From Candidatus Latescibacterota bacterium (GTDB lineage: Bacteria > Latescibacterota > UBA2968 > GCA-2709665), in contig OZ242180.1 in NCBI GenBank assembly GCA_965205485.1, forward strand, positions 5,061,461-5,125,460: a stretch of DNA of 64,000 nucleotides, in the 5' to 3' direction. The first letter of the stretch is position 1. Every line of letters begins with the position of its first letter. Below the pieces are notes generated by a model. The model saw nothing but the letters and a program-made list of their open reading frames with translations, did no database searches and was not told the origin of the DNA. Of the stretch, positions 19,622-30,100 are shown piece after piece. The position numbers were made by a program, and so were the translations under genes.

Positions 19622-21802
19622 ATGGAAATGGGCGACGCGGAAATTCGCGAGCGTTACGGGTGGGCGGAAATAGACCCCGCGGGACCGGTCACGGCCGGGG
19701 CCACGGGCACGTGGCGCATCATCTATCACGCCGGCACGTACGGCGTGGACGACGGCGGCGTCATAAAAATCGCCTGGCGCGACGTGAGCGATTGGCAGGC
19801 CCCGCAGTTCGGCGAGCCCGGCGCCCCGGGATACGCCTCCGTAACCACGTCGGGACCCGCGTCGCTCCGACCCGCCTATGAAAAGCAGCGCTACGTGCGA
19901 CCGTGGCGCCTTTGCGTCACCATCGACGTCTTCGACGACTCTCTTTCCGAAGGCGACACGGTTACCCTCACCCTGGGAGACACCTCCGGCGGCGCTCCCG
20001 GGATTCGCGCGCAGACCTTCTGCAAGGACCGGTTCGAGTTCCGGGTGGCCGTCGACTGGTGCGGAACCTGGGTTTACGAGGAGGTCCCGTCGCCCGCCGT
20101 GCCCATCGTCAGCGGCGCTCCCCGTAAGCTGGTCGCGGTCTGCGCATCGGAAACGGCGCCCGGCGAGTCCGCCTGGGTTGGAATAAAGACGGAAGACGTG
20201 TGGGGAAACCCCTGCCGTGACTACACCGGCGAGGTCGCGGTGGATGCCCGCGGCCTTTCGGGGCTGCCCGAGACATACCGGTTTTCCGCTGAAGACGCGG
20301 GAACCCGCAGGTTTGATAACGTCGTCGCGCCCCGGTGCGGTATCTTTCGCATCCGCGCCGAAGACAGGTCTCTGGGCCTGAAGGCGGAGAGCAACCCGAT
20401 GCGGTGCGTCGAATCCGGTATCCGATACCGTCCGTACTGGGGCGACCTGCACGGGCAAAGCGAGGAGACCGTTGGAACAAACCCCGTGTCCTCATACTTC
20501 CGCTTCGCCCGGGAATCCGCCTTTGTCGATTTCGCAGGACATCAGGGCAACGATTTTCAGATCACCGGCGCCGTCTGGGAGGAAATCAGACACCAGGCGA
20601 ATGCGCAGAACGACCCCGGACGGTTTGTCGCCTTCGTCGGGTACGAGTGGTCCGGAAACACGCCCGTCGGCGGCGATCACAACGTCTACTTTCCGGGCGA
20701 CACCGGACCCCTGCACCGCTCCAGCCATGTGCTGATTCCGGACAAATCCGACGTCCACACGGATTGCCTGCACGTATCCGAACTGTACAGGGCGATGAAG
20801 GGCACGGACGTCCTGCTTGTGCCGCACGTAGGCGGCAGATACGCCAATCTGGACTGGCACGATCCAGATTTCGAGCGTCTGGTTGAAGTCTACTCCGAGT
20901 GGGGCGAATTCGAATGGTTCCTGAAATGGGCCCTCGAAAACGGCTATCGGGTGGGATTCATCGCCGGAAGCGACGACCACAAGGGCAGGCCGGGCGCCGC
21001 GTACCCAGGCAGCGGCTCTTTCGGCGTGTACGGGGGGCTCACGTGCGTCTTTGCCGGCGACCTCAGCCGGCGCGGACTATGGGAAGCGCTGAAGGCCCGG
21101 CGCTGCTATGGCACCACGGGCCAGCGAATCCTCGTGAACGTCGCCGCAGACGGACACCCGATGGGCTCGGACCTCGAGGCGCTGCATCCGCCTGAAATCG
21201 CTGTTGACGTGATCGGCACCGCGCCGATCGAGCGCGTTGAAGTATTCAGAGGCCTGGAGCTAGTACACCGGTATCCCGAGACCATACCCCGCGCGGAAGA
21301 CCGGGTCCGCATTTCCTGGTCGGGTCAGCGAATCCGCGCGCGCAACCGCCTGGTTCGTTGGGACGGCGGCCTGACCGTCAGGCACGGCCGCATACGCCGA
21401 GCCGAAGGATTCGCATTCGATTCGGCTTCGGAGGGTATCCAGTCCGTTTCAGACCATGCCGTGGCCTGGAAATCCGTCACCACCGGAGACGCCGACGGCG
21501 TCATACTCACCGTCGACGGCCCGCCGCGGGCGACGATCGACTTCAGAACGGATATCGTCTCCCACGCCGTTACGCTTGGGGAAATCGCGAAAGGGCCCGT
21601 TCGGATACCCGCGGGTGGCATCGACATTGCCGTTGTCTTCGAACTGGCGCCCGAGGGCGCCGGAAGCGACGCCAGCTTCACCTGCCGCGAGTCCGAACTG
21701 CCGGACGGCTGCCACCCCTACTGGGTACGGGTGACCCAGACCGACGGCGCCAAGGCCTGGACAAGCCCCATATACGTCACCACCGGAACGGGTTCGCGGT
21801 AA
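19622..21802 (+). CDS. DUF3604 / PHP-like domain protein
   Basis: YWGDLHGQSEETVG, HQGNDFQIT, GYEWSGNT, DHNV, PHVGGR, SDDHKGRPG, RRCYGTTG, AWTSPI. Confidence 0.85.
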   Translation: MEMGDAEIRERYGWAEIDPAGPVTAGATGTWRIIYHAGTYGVDDGGVIKIAWRDVSDWQAPQFGEPGAPGYASVTTSGPASLRPAYEKQRYVRPWRLCVTIDVFDDSLSEGDTVTLTLGDTSGGAPGIRAQTFCKDRFEFRVAVDWCGTWVYEEVPSPAVPIVSGAPRKLVAVCASETAPGESAWVGIKTEDVWGNPCRDYTGEVAVDARGLSGLPETYRFSAEDAGTRRFDNVVAPRCGIFRIRAEDRSLGLKAESNPMRCVESGIRYRPYWGDLHGQSEETVGTNPVSSYFRFARESAFVDFAGHQGNDFQITGAVWEEIRHQANAQNDPGRFVAFVGYEWSGNTPVGGDHNVYFPGDTGPLHRSSHVLIPDKSDVHTDCLHVSELYRAMKGTDVLLVPHVGGRYANLDWHDPDFERLVEVYSEWGEFEWFLKWALENGYRVGFIAGSDDHKGRPGAAYPGSGSFGVYGGLTCVFAGDLSRRGLWEALKARRCYGTTGQRILVNVAADGHPMGSDLEALHPPEIAVDVIGTAPIERVEVFRGLELVHRYPETIPRAEDRVRISWSGQRIRARNRLVRWDGGLTVRHGRIRRAEGFAFDSASEGIQSVSDHAVAWKSVTTGDADGVILTVDGPPRATIDFRTDIVSHAVTLGEIAKGPVRIPAGGIDIAVVFELAPEGAGSDASFTCRESELPDGCHPYWVRVTQTDGAKAWTSPIYVTTGTGSR

Positions 21803-21895
21803 CACCGAAACCTGCAAACACGGGCCGGGCCGGCCTGTTCAATTCCGCCGCGACAGGCTCCGGCAACCGAAATCCGCTCAGCAACAAAAAAAACC

Positions 21896-21924
21896 TTGAC
21901 CTGCGCACGGCGCGCTTATATTAT
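21896..21924 (+). promoter_or_regulatory. sigma70-type promoter for the GGT-family gene
   Basis: TTGACC-17 nt-TATTAT, preceded by an A-tract (UP-element-like). Confidence 0.7.
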
Positions 21925-21974
21925 CGAACCTGTATATATGTGCAATTCGTGCGTTTGAAGGAGGTCCGCTTTAC

Positions 21975-23564
21975 GTGTCAGCCACGTTCCAGGAGGCCGC
22001 GGTCGTCGGACAGCCCGAAGCCGACGCCGCAGCCGTAAACGTATTGAAAAAAGGAGGAAATGCCGTCGATGCAGCCGTCACGGCCGCCCTGCTCGCCTGC
22101 GTGGTCTCGCCGCACCACACGGGAATCGGCGGCTACGGCGGCGCCCTGATGGTTTACATGAACAGGGAAATCGGTTGCATCGACTTCAACACCGTCGCGC
22201 CGGGCGCCGCCACGAGCAGGATGTTCCAGGTGGTCCGCTCAGACGGACGTTTCGGGTCGCTGGTCAGCGGCAGGGCCAACGAGACGGGCTGCCTCGCGAT
22301 TTCCGTTCCCGGCGTACTCGCCGGGCTGGCCGCGGCGCTGGAGAAATACGGAAAAATACCGCTGGATCAGGCGCTCGTTCCGGCCATACGCGCGTGCAAG
22401 AACGGGTTTCGGGTTTCACCCGAGTACGTCGCTGCCGTGGGTGAGAACGAAAAGCGGATCCGCGCCTTCCGGGACACGGAACGGCTGTTGCTGGTGGACG
22501 GTGCGGCGCCCACAACCAGAGACAGGGCGGCCAATGCGAGTCTGGGGCGGGTCCTCGAGCAGGTCGCAAAAAACGGCGTCGATGAGTTCTACCGGGGAAG
22601 AATCGCCGGGAGAATCGTGAAATACATCCGGGAAAACGACGGAATACTCACGGAGGACGACTTCGCTGGCTATCAGGCCCGCCACGTCGAACCCGTTCAC
22701 GCCTCCTGTCTGGGCTACGACCTGTACGCCCCGCCCCTTTGTTCGAGCGGCCCTGCCGTACTTCAGATGTGTCGAATTGCCGATGTCGCGGAACTGGACC
22801 TCTGGGCCCGCGACGCCGCGCGTCTCGCCCACGGGTTGACCGAGACCATCCGCGCCGCCTGGCTGGACCGGTACCGGTATTTCGGCGACCCCCGATTTGT
22901 CAAGGTGCCGCTGGAAACCCTCACGTCCGATATCCAGATCGGAGCAACGGGCCGCGAAATCGCCGATCACGTGTCGGAGGGTACGCGAGGGCAGGCGTTG
23001 CTGCGGCCGCTTTCCTACGGCGGAACAACCCACATCTCCGTTGTAGACCGCGACCGCAATATGGCTTCCCTGACCCTGACCCATGGCCCCGGTTTCGGCT
23101 CATTTGTTACCATTCCCAGGATGGGACTCATCATGAACGCCGGCATGTCCCGCTTCGATCCCGGTTCCGGACTGCCCAACTCGGTGGACGCGGGCAAGTC
23201 GCCCGTCAACAATATGTGTCCCATGCTCATCATGAGCGACGGGGAGCCCGTGATGACTCTCGGCGCATCGGGAGGAACCCGCATCCCGTCCTCCCTGTTT
23301 CAGGTACTCACACGGCGACTGGTGCTCGACGAGGAACTGGACTGGGCGGTCAGCGCGCCCAGAGTGCACTCCGAAGGCAACGAATGGGTCACGGTCGAAG
23401 AAGGGTTTGGAGAGATCGCACCCCAATACCTGAAGTCAGAGATAAAATACACGCTCGGCAAGGGGAGCGCGGCGGCCAATGTCCGGGCTATTGAAATCAC
23501 GGAAGACGACGAGCTTCTCGCGACGCTCGACCCCAGAATCCGCGGCAATGAGAGAGGGATTTGA
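21975..23564 (+). CDS. ggt: Gamma-glutamyltransferase family protein
   Basis: GGNAVDAAV, GIGGYG, SVPG, FYRG, nucleophile motif TTHISVVD, GASGGTRI. Confidence 0.88.
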   Translation: MSATFQEAAVVGQPEADAAAVNVLKKGGNAVDAAVTAALLACVVSPHHTGIGGYGGALMVYMNREIGCIDFNTVAPGAATSRMFQVVRSDGRFGSLVSGRANETGCLAISVPGVLAGLAAALEKYGKIPLDQALVPAIRACKNGFRVSPEYVAAVGENEKRIRAFRDTERLLLVDGAAPTTRDRAANASLGRVLEQVAKNGVDEFYRGRIAGRIVKYIRENDGILTEDDFAGYQARHVEPVHASCLGYDLYAPPLCSSGPAVLQMCRIADVAELDLWARDAARLAHGLTETIRAAWLDRYRYFGDPRFVKVPLETLTSDIQIGATGREIADHVSEGTRGQALLRPLSYGGTTHISVVDRDRNMASLTLTHGPGFGSFVTIPRMGLIMNAGMSRFDPGSGLPNSVDAGKSPVNNMCPMLIMSDGEPVMTLGASGGTRIPSSLFQVLTRRLVLDEELDWAVSAPRVHSEGNEWVTVEEGFGEIAPQYLKSEIKYTLGKGSAAANVRAIEITEDDELLATLDPRIRGNERGI

Positions 23565-23673
23565 AGCCCGCCGGCTGTGCAGGAACCGGAAAGGGATGTC
23601 GACCCCGGCAGTGTGGCGGCGCGACCGGAACGTCCGTAACCGGCTGACCGATTCACAAGGAAATGCATTCGCT

Positions 23674-24798
23674 GTGAAGACATACTCCTTTGGCAGCGGC
23701 CGTCCCGACCCGGCCTCCTTTCCCAACAGAGGCCTGGCCGAAGCCGCAATGCGCATTCTTCCGGAACTGGGCGATGAGCTGGCGTGTTATCCCGGTTCGC
23801 TGGGGTACGAACCGCTCAGGAAGCTCATGTCCCGGAGGTTCGCCCACCGGGAAGGCGTTGCCCTGCCCGTCGACCAGATTGCGCTGACCACGGGATCCAT
23901 GCAGGCGGTTACGCTGGTGGCCCAGGTTTTCGTGGATTCGCCCGGCGACGTGATTGTGCTCGAGGAATACTCCTATTCGGGCACGCTTAGCGCATACCGC
24001 AAGGAAGGGGCCGAACTCGTCGGCATCCCGCTGGACGACCATGGCATGCGGATGGACGCGCTGGAAGAAACGCTGGCCCGGCTTGCATCCAGGAACAAGA
24101 AACCGAAATTCATCTATACCCTGGCAACCTATCAGAACCCCACGGGTTCGATAATGCCGCTCGGCCGGCGCCGCGAACTGCTGGACATTGCGGGCCGTTA
24201 CGCCATACCGGTGGTTGAAGACCATTGCTACGCCGACACCGTCTACGAAGACCACCACGAACCCGCCCTCTGGACACTCGAACACGATACGCCGGTGATT
24301 CACATAGAATCCCTGTCCAAGATCCTGGGGCCCGGAATCCGCCTGGGCTACCTCGCCGCGCCTCGAGACCTGCTCGACCGGATCATTCAGTACCGGCGGG
24401 ACGGAGGAACAAGCGCGCTCAGCGCGGCCGTCGTCTACGAGTATTTCAGAGAGGAACTCTGGTCGCACGTGGACAGAATCAATGCCATCGTCAAAAAGAA
24501 ACGCGATCTGATGTTCGAGATGCTCTCGCGTTTCCCCGATGCATTCGAGTGGTTCAGCCGACCCAGGGGCGGCCTCTTTATCTGGGTCAAGCTGCCCGAC
24601 GTCACCGACACCACGGCGTGTGAGCAACTGGCCGAGTCAATGGGTATCGACTATGCGACCGGCAAGGCCTTCCACGTATCCAATATGGATGTGCCGTACA
24701 TCAGGCTCGCGTTCGGATTTGCGACACACGACGATATCCGTGACGGTATACCCATCCTGGCCGACTGCGTTCGCAACAGCCGGAAGAGGCCCGATTGA
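23674..24798 (+). CDS. PLP-dependent aminotransferase class I/II (LysN/MocR-like catalytic domain)
   Basis: GRPDP, YQNPTG, VVEDHCY, SLSKILGPGIRLG, GGLFIW. Start uncertain (GTG 23674 or ATG 23596). Confidence 0.88.
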   Translation: MKTYSFGSGRPDPASFPNRGLAEAAMRILPELGDELACYPGSLGYEPLRKLMSRRFAHREGVALPVDQIALTTGSMQAVTLVAQVFVDSPGDVIVLEEYSYSGTLSAYRKEGAELVGIPLDDHGMRMDALEETLARLASRNKKPKFIYTLATYQNPTGSIMPLGRRRELLDIAGRYAIPVVEDHCYADTVYEDHHEPALWTLEHDTPVIHIESLSKILGPGIRLGYLAAPRDLLDRIIQYRRDGGTSALSAAVVYEYFREELWSHVDRINAIVKKKRDLMFEMLSRFPDAFEWFSRPRGGLFIWVKLPDVTDTTACEQLAESMGIDYATGKAFHVSNMDVPYIRLAFGFATHDDIRDGIPILADCVRNSRKRPD

Positions 24799-24835
24799 AC
24801 GCTGCGCTCGCGGTCCGTCATGAGGAAACACAGCA

Positions 24836-25630
24836 TTGAACAGGCCTGAAAACGTTCCTCGACCCGCGCCGATACCGGGCGTCCGGCGCCTGATCGCCGT
24901 TGCCAGCGGCAAGGGCGGCGTGGGGAAATCCACCACCGCCGCGAATCTCTGCGTGGCGCTGGCCCGGCAGGGCGCCGCGGTGGGCCTCATGGACGCGGAC
25001 ATCTACGGTCCGAACGTTCCGATCATGATGGGCGTGAACGAAACACCGGACATGGATGCGAACGGCGGGATTGTTCCCCTGGAACGTCACGGAGTCAAGA
25101 TGATCTCGCTCGGTCTCATCACCGAAGCGGGCGCGCCGGTAATCTGGCGCGGTCCCATGCTGGCCAAGATGGTGATGCAATTCCTTAGAGACGTGTCCTG
25201 GGCGCCTCTGGATTTTCTCGTGATCGATCTGCCGCCCGGGACCGGCGACGTCCAGCTGACCCTCATTCAATCCGCGCGGCTGGACGGCGCCGTCATCGTG
25301 ACTACGCCCCAGTCCGTGGCGCTGGAGGATGTGCGTCGCGGTATCCAGATGTTCAACACGGTCGACGTTCCCGTTATCGGCATCGTCGAAAACATGAGCG
25401 AATATATCTGCGGCAACTGCAATACCAGGACCGATATCTTCGGCCAGGGCGGCGGCGCAAGGATGGCCGCTGAATACCGCGTGCCGCTTCTGGGCGAAAT
25501 CCCTCTGGACCTGCGGATACGCAGGGCTGGAGATACAGGCGCCCCGATTACGGCCGCCGACCCTGAATCCCCTGTCTCCGGACGTTTCGACGAAATCGCG
25601 TCGAGCATAAGAAAAGCCGTGGGAGGTTGA
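24836..25630 (+). CDS. apbC: Mrp/ApbC (NBP35) Fe-S cluster carrier ATPase
   Basis: ASGKGGVGKST, DADIYGP, WRGPM, DLPPGTGD, VTTPQ, ENMS..CxxC. Confidence 0.93.
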   Translation: MNRPENVPRPAPIPGVRRLIAVASGKGGVGKSTTAANLCVALARQGAAVGLMDADIYGPNVPIMMGVNETPDMDANGGIVPLERHGVKMISLGLITEAGAPVIWRGPMLAKMVMQFLRDVSWAPLDFLVIDLPPGTGDVQLTLIQSARLDGAVIVTTPQSVALEDVRRGIQMFNTVDVPVIGIVENMSEYICGNCNTRTDIFGQGGGARMAAEYRVPLLGEIPLDLRIRRAGDTGAPITAADPESPVSGRFDEIASSIRKAVGG

Positions 25631-25666
25631 GTCAAACCGCGCGCGACATGTACGCCGGCATCACCC

Positions 25667-25709
25667 ACGTCCGGGCCGTCGGACCAATCGCCGCCCGGCG
25701 TCTTTTTTT
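25667..25709 (+). terminator. Probable intrinsic terminator after apbC
   Basis: CCGGGC...GCCCGG stem followed by a run of seven T. Confidence 0.45.
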
Positions 25710-25873
25710 GCGAAACATCCGGCCGGTTCCGGGAGTCAAAGAGTGTAGGCAATTTCAGCCCGGTCAAGCTTCGTCTGAGCCGGCGATGCATCTCCCGAAG
25801 GCCGTGCCGGAAGTGGCCTTCAGCTCGACAAGCTGGCGGGAAAGTCCACATATCGCCCAGTAAGGATGTACTG

Positions 25874-27067
25874 ATGACGGAAAAACGCATTGTAAAGTGC
25901 CCTTTATTGCTGGCCGTCATATTCGCAGGTTGCGCGCTTACCGCATGCGGCGGCGAAAAGGCCAAGGGCAAGAGCAAGAATGAAGCGACGGCCGATTCAA
26001 CAAAGGTCGACTCGACTGCCGTCGACACGACCGCGGCCGCGAAGAAGAAGAAGAAAACGCCGGAGGGCGTACCCGTAAAGGTCCACCGCGTTCAGCAGGG
26101 ATCGATTTCCTCATATATGCTCTACAATGCGAAGGTAGAGGCCGAAGAGACCGTGGACGTTTACGCACACGGATCCGGGCTCGTCAAACGCGTGCTGGCC
26201 GAGGAGGGCGACGCCGTTGCGGTGGGTCAGGTCGTTGTCCACCTGGTCGACCACCATCTCAAGCTCGCTGAAGCGGAAGCACAGGTCGCTTACCGTAAAC
26301 TGGAGAGCAACTTCAAGCGCCGCAAGGAAATCTACTCCAGGAATCTGCTTTCCAAAGAAGAGTATGAACGTGACGAATTCGACCTGGAACAGGCCAGGAT
26401 CCGATGGCAGCGCGCCCAGCTGGATCTGGATCATGCGTCGGTTCGATCTCCGATATCCGGGATCGTGGCGGAACGGATCGTCAAATTGGGCGACAGGATC
26501 GGGCCCACAACCAAACTCTACGTTCTGGTCAACATGAAGAGTCTGATATCCAGGGCGCACATACCCGGATCGGAGCTGCCCAATATCTCTGTCGGGCAGC
26601 CGGCCCGCATCACCACGGATCTCATACCCGACGTCAATTTCCCGGGCCGCATCATTCGCATCAGCCCGGTTGTAGACCCGAACAGCGGCACCTTCAGGGT
26701 AACGCTGGCCATCGACGACGCGGAGGGAAAATTGCGTCCCGGTCTGTTCGTCACAACGAGGATCGTCACCGCCACGCACGACCGGGCCTTGCTGGTTCCC
26801 AAACGCGCCGTCGTGTACGATGACGGATATCCTCATGTATTCGTCGTCGAGGACAGCACCGCGCGCAAGATTCAACTCGACGTGGGTTTCGAAGATACCC
26901 GGAACCTGGAAGCTCTCAGCGGCGTCTCGCCGGGCGACAGCATCGTGGTCGTGGGCCAGAATGGCCTCAAGGATCAGGCCAGGGTCCGGGTGATCGAGGG
27001 CAAGGGTCTGCGCATCCCGGCAAAACCGGATACCACTGAGCAGGAACCGCAGGAATCCGCGGGCTGA
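25874..27067 (+). CDS. RND efflux periplasmic adaptor (lipoprotein)
   Basis: Lipobox LTAC, EEGDAV, SPISGIV, ISPVVDP, LRPGLF, VPKRAV. Confidence 0.92.
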   Translation: MTEKRIVKCPLLLAVIFAGCALTACGGEKAKGKSKNEATADSTKVDSTAVDTTAAAKKKKKTPEGVPVKVHRVQQGSISSYMLYNAKVEAEETVDVYAHGSGLVKRVLAEEGDAVAVGQVVVHLVDHHLKLAEAEAQVAYRKLESNFKRRKEIYSRNLLSKEEYERDEFDLEQARIRWQRAQLDLDHASVRSPISGIVAERIVKLGDRIGPTTKLYVLVNMKSLISRAHIPGSELPNISVGQPARITTDLIPDVNFPGRIIRISPVVDPNSGTFRVTLAIDDAEGKLRPGLFVTTRIVTATHDRALLVPKRAVVYDDGYPHVFVVEDSTARKIQLDVGFEDTRNLEALSGVSPGDSIVVVGQNGLKDQARVRVIEGKGLRIPAKPDTTEQEPQESAG

Positions 27068-27137
27068 GACCCGGGCACGGTAACGGCGACGACGCGCCGG
27101 CCGCTCGTCGATGCAGCTGACTCAGGGCCAGGAAAAT

Positions 27138-30100
27138 ATGGACGACGACAGCACTCCCCGAAATCCCCTCTCCCGCGCGCGGGATCAGGTCTCACGCACC
27201 TTTGAAATAACCACCCGCAGGCCGGTGGCCATCTTCATGGTCGTCCTCGCCGTCGCGGTCTTCGGGTACATCTCCTACCAGCAGCTGCCGCTCACCCTGA
27301 TGCCGGACATCTCCTACCCCACCCTCACAATCCGTACGGATTATCCCGATACCGCGCCGGAAGAAGTAGAAAACCTGATTTCAAGGCAGATAGAACAGCG
27401 GCTGGGCGTTGTTAACAATCTGGCCAGCATCGTCTCCATTTCCCGCGCGGGGATGTCGGACGTCATCCTTGAATTCGGCTGGGATACGGACATGAACGAC
27501 GCGGTTCAGACGGTGCGGGAGAACCTGGACCGGCTGAACATGCCCCGTGGCGTCAACAAACCGCTGATTCTGCGTTACGATCCCACGCAGGATCCCATCA
27601 TGCGCATCGGTCTGTACGGCGATGCGGACCTGTATGCGCTGAGACTGATTGCCGAGGAAGAAATCAAACAGGCGCTCGAAGCGATGAAAGGGGTGGCCGC
27701 GGCCCGGGTGCACGGGGGCCTGGAAGAAGAAATCAGGGTGGAAATCAACGAACGGCAACTCGCACTGATGGGGTTCGGCATTGGCGACATCAACAGACGG
27801 CTTCGCGAAGAAAACGTCAATCTCGCCGGGGGCAGCCTGTTGGACGGCCAGACCCAGTACATGGTGCGCACCCTCAATGAGTTCCGGACCGTGGACGAGA
27901 TTCGCGACCTCGTTATCGGACAGAAGGGCGGAGCGGATATCCGGCTGAAGGACGTCAGCGATGTCGTGCGCGGCCACAAGGATCGAGAGATCATCACCCG
28001 TGTCAACGGCGTGGAGAGCGTTGAAATCGATATCTTCAAGGAAGCCGACGCCAATATCGTCGCTACGGCGCAGCGGGTACGGGACCGGCTGTTCGGTACA
28101 CCGGAACAACTGGCCTACGTGGAGCGACTCAAGGCCGGAGAAATCAAACGGGCCGAGGCCACGGACCGGGCGGCCCAGGTGCGGCAGTTCGTCAAATTGA
28201 AGGAAATGACCAGCTTCATTGCCTATTCGCTGCCGTCGGGAATGCAAGTGGAAGTGCTGTCGGACCAGTCGCAGTTTATTAAGCGATCTATCGACGAAGT
28301 GAAACAGACGGCGATCATCGGGGGCATTCTTGCCATCCTGGTGCTGTATGTCTTTTTGCGAAATCCGTCACACACCGGCATCGTGAGTCTGGCGATCCCC
28401 ATTTCCATCGTTGCAACGTTCGCACCAATGAAGATATTCGGCGTGTCTTTGAACATCATGTCGCTGGGAGGCATGGCGCTGGGCATCGGCATGCTCGTAG
28501 ACAACTCGATCGTCGTCCTGGAGAGCATCTTCCGATGCCGTGAAGAGGGCGACGACATCGTTACCGCGGCGGTCCGGGGCACCGGCGAGGTCGGTGGCGC
28601 GGTCTTTGCCTCCACGCTTACCACGGTCGCGGTCTTCTTTCCGATTGTCTTCGTTGAAGGCGTGGCCGGCCAGGTCTTCGGCGACATGTCCCTTACCGTG
28701 GTCTTTTCACTCGTGGCGTCACTCGCCGTCGCGCTCTTCTTCATTCCGATGCTGGCTTCCCGGCAGATACGGATCGCGGGGAGCGGAGGGGCGGGCTCGA
28801 CGATCGGCGACATGTTCAACTCTGAACTGCTGCAGTTCAGCTCACTCGCACGGCTGAAGGAACTTGCGGGAGATCGATCTCCAAAACGTCTCCCGGCCCT
28901 GGCGCTCAGGGGCCTTGTCTATGTCTTGTGGCTGGTCTTCGAATTCATCTGGCGCACACTCTGGGTCGTACTCGCTATCCTGATCGTGGTTCTGAAAGCG
29001 GCGCTCGTCATCCTTGCCCCGATTCTGTACTACCCTTTCGCCGCGCTTGTGCTGAAGATCGGGAGGAAACCCGCGCATGCCTGGCGGGATATGTGCGCGT
29101 GGTCGGGAAATCCAACGCCGTTCGGTTCCCGGATCGTCCAGGCCATCTGGCACGATCTGCTGGTATTCAACGCGCCCGTCCCGCTCGGTGAAGGTTTCGC
29201 CGGCTGCTTCCGATGGACCTGGAATGCCGTCCGGCGCACGTGCCGGTGGCCGATGCGCAACAGAGGGCTTGCCACTATCCCGCGGTTTCCGGCGGCCGGC
29301 GCCGGCGTTCTGCTTCTGTGCTCACTCTTCGTGCTCGGTCCCGTCTACGTGGTCGTGCGATTCTTCATCTTCCAGTTGTTATCCCTGCTGGGCAAACTGC
29401 TGATCCTGCTTCTGATGATGACCTTTCCACTCGGGTTGACGGTCGTGTCCCTGCTGGCAGCCGTCGCGGTTCCGCTGCTTACGCCCGTCATACATGCCTT
29501 TGAAGTCGGCTTCGGCGCCATCAGCCGGGTCTATCCTTCCACGATCCGGTGGGCGTTGAATAACCGCCTCGCCATCGTTGTGATGGCCATTCTGCCGTTT
29601 GTTTTCTGCTGGTACGTCCTGGTGCCCCATATCGGTCGTGAACTCATTCCGGCCGTTCACCACGGCGAGTTCGACCTCGAGCTCGCCATGCCCGTGGGTA
29701 CGCCGCTGGAACGCACCCAGGAGACCGTTGCCGACGTGGAGTCGAGGGTCCTGGACGAATCCGGCGTTGCTCGCATCGCCACCGTCGTGGGCGTGGACAA
29801 GACCTCCGTCTCCACTTCCGACCAGGGAGAACACACCTCCAGGGTCACCATCGTCGTATCCGACGAAACCACGAACGGCGCCGGAGGGCCGGGGCCGTTC
29901 TGGCAGGACCTTCCGGAAAGAGTATGGGCGGGCATTTCCGGCAACACGTTCCTTGCAAGACGAGAGGCGGACCTCATGTCCCGGCTGCGGGACAGTCTCG
30001 GCGATCTCCCGCAGGTCACCGTGGATTTCTCCCGTCCGGCGATGTTTACGTTCAAGACGCCGGTGGAGCTGGAGATTCGAGGTTACGATCTGGATGATCT

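Noticed and set aside
21930..21945. E. coli-type LexA box (CTGT-N8-ACAG)
   Set aside because: The right half is GCAA and the downstream genes are not SOS genes. Kept only as a generic operator candidate.
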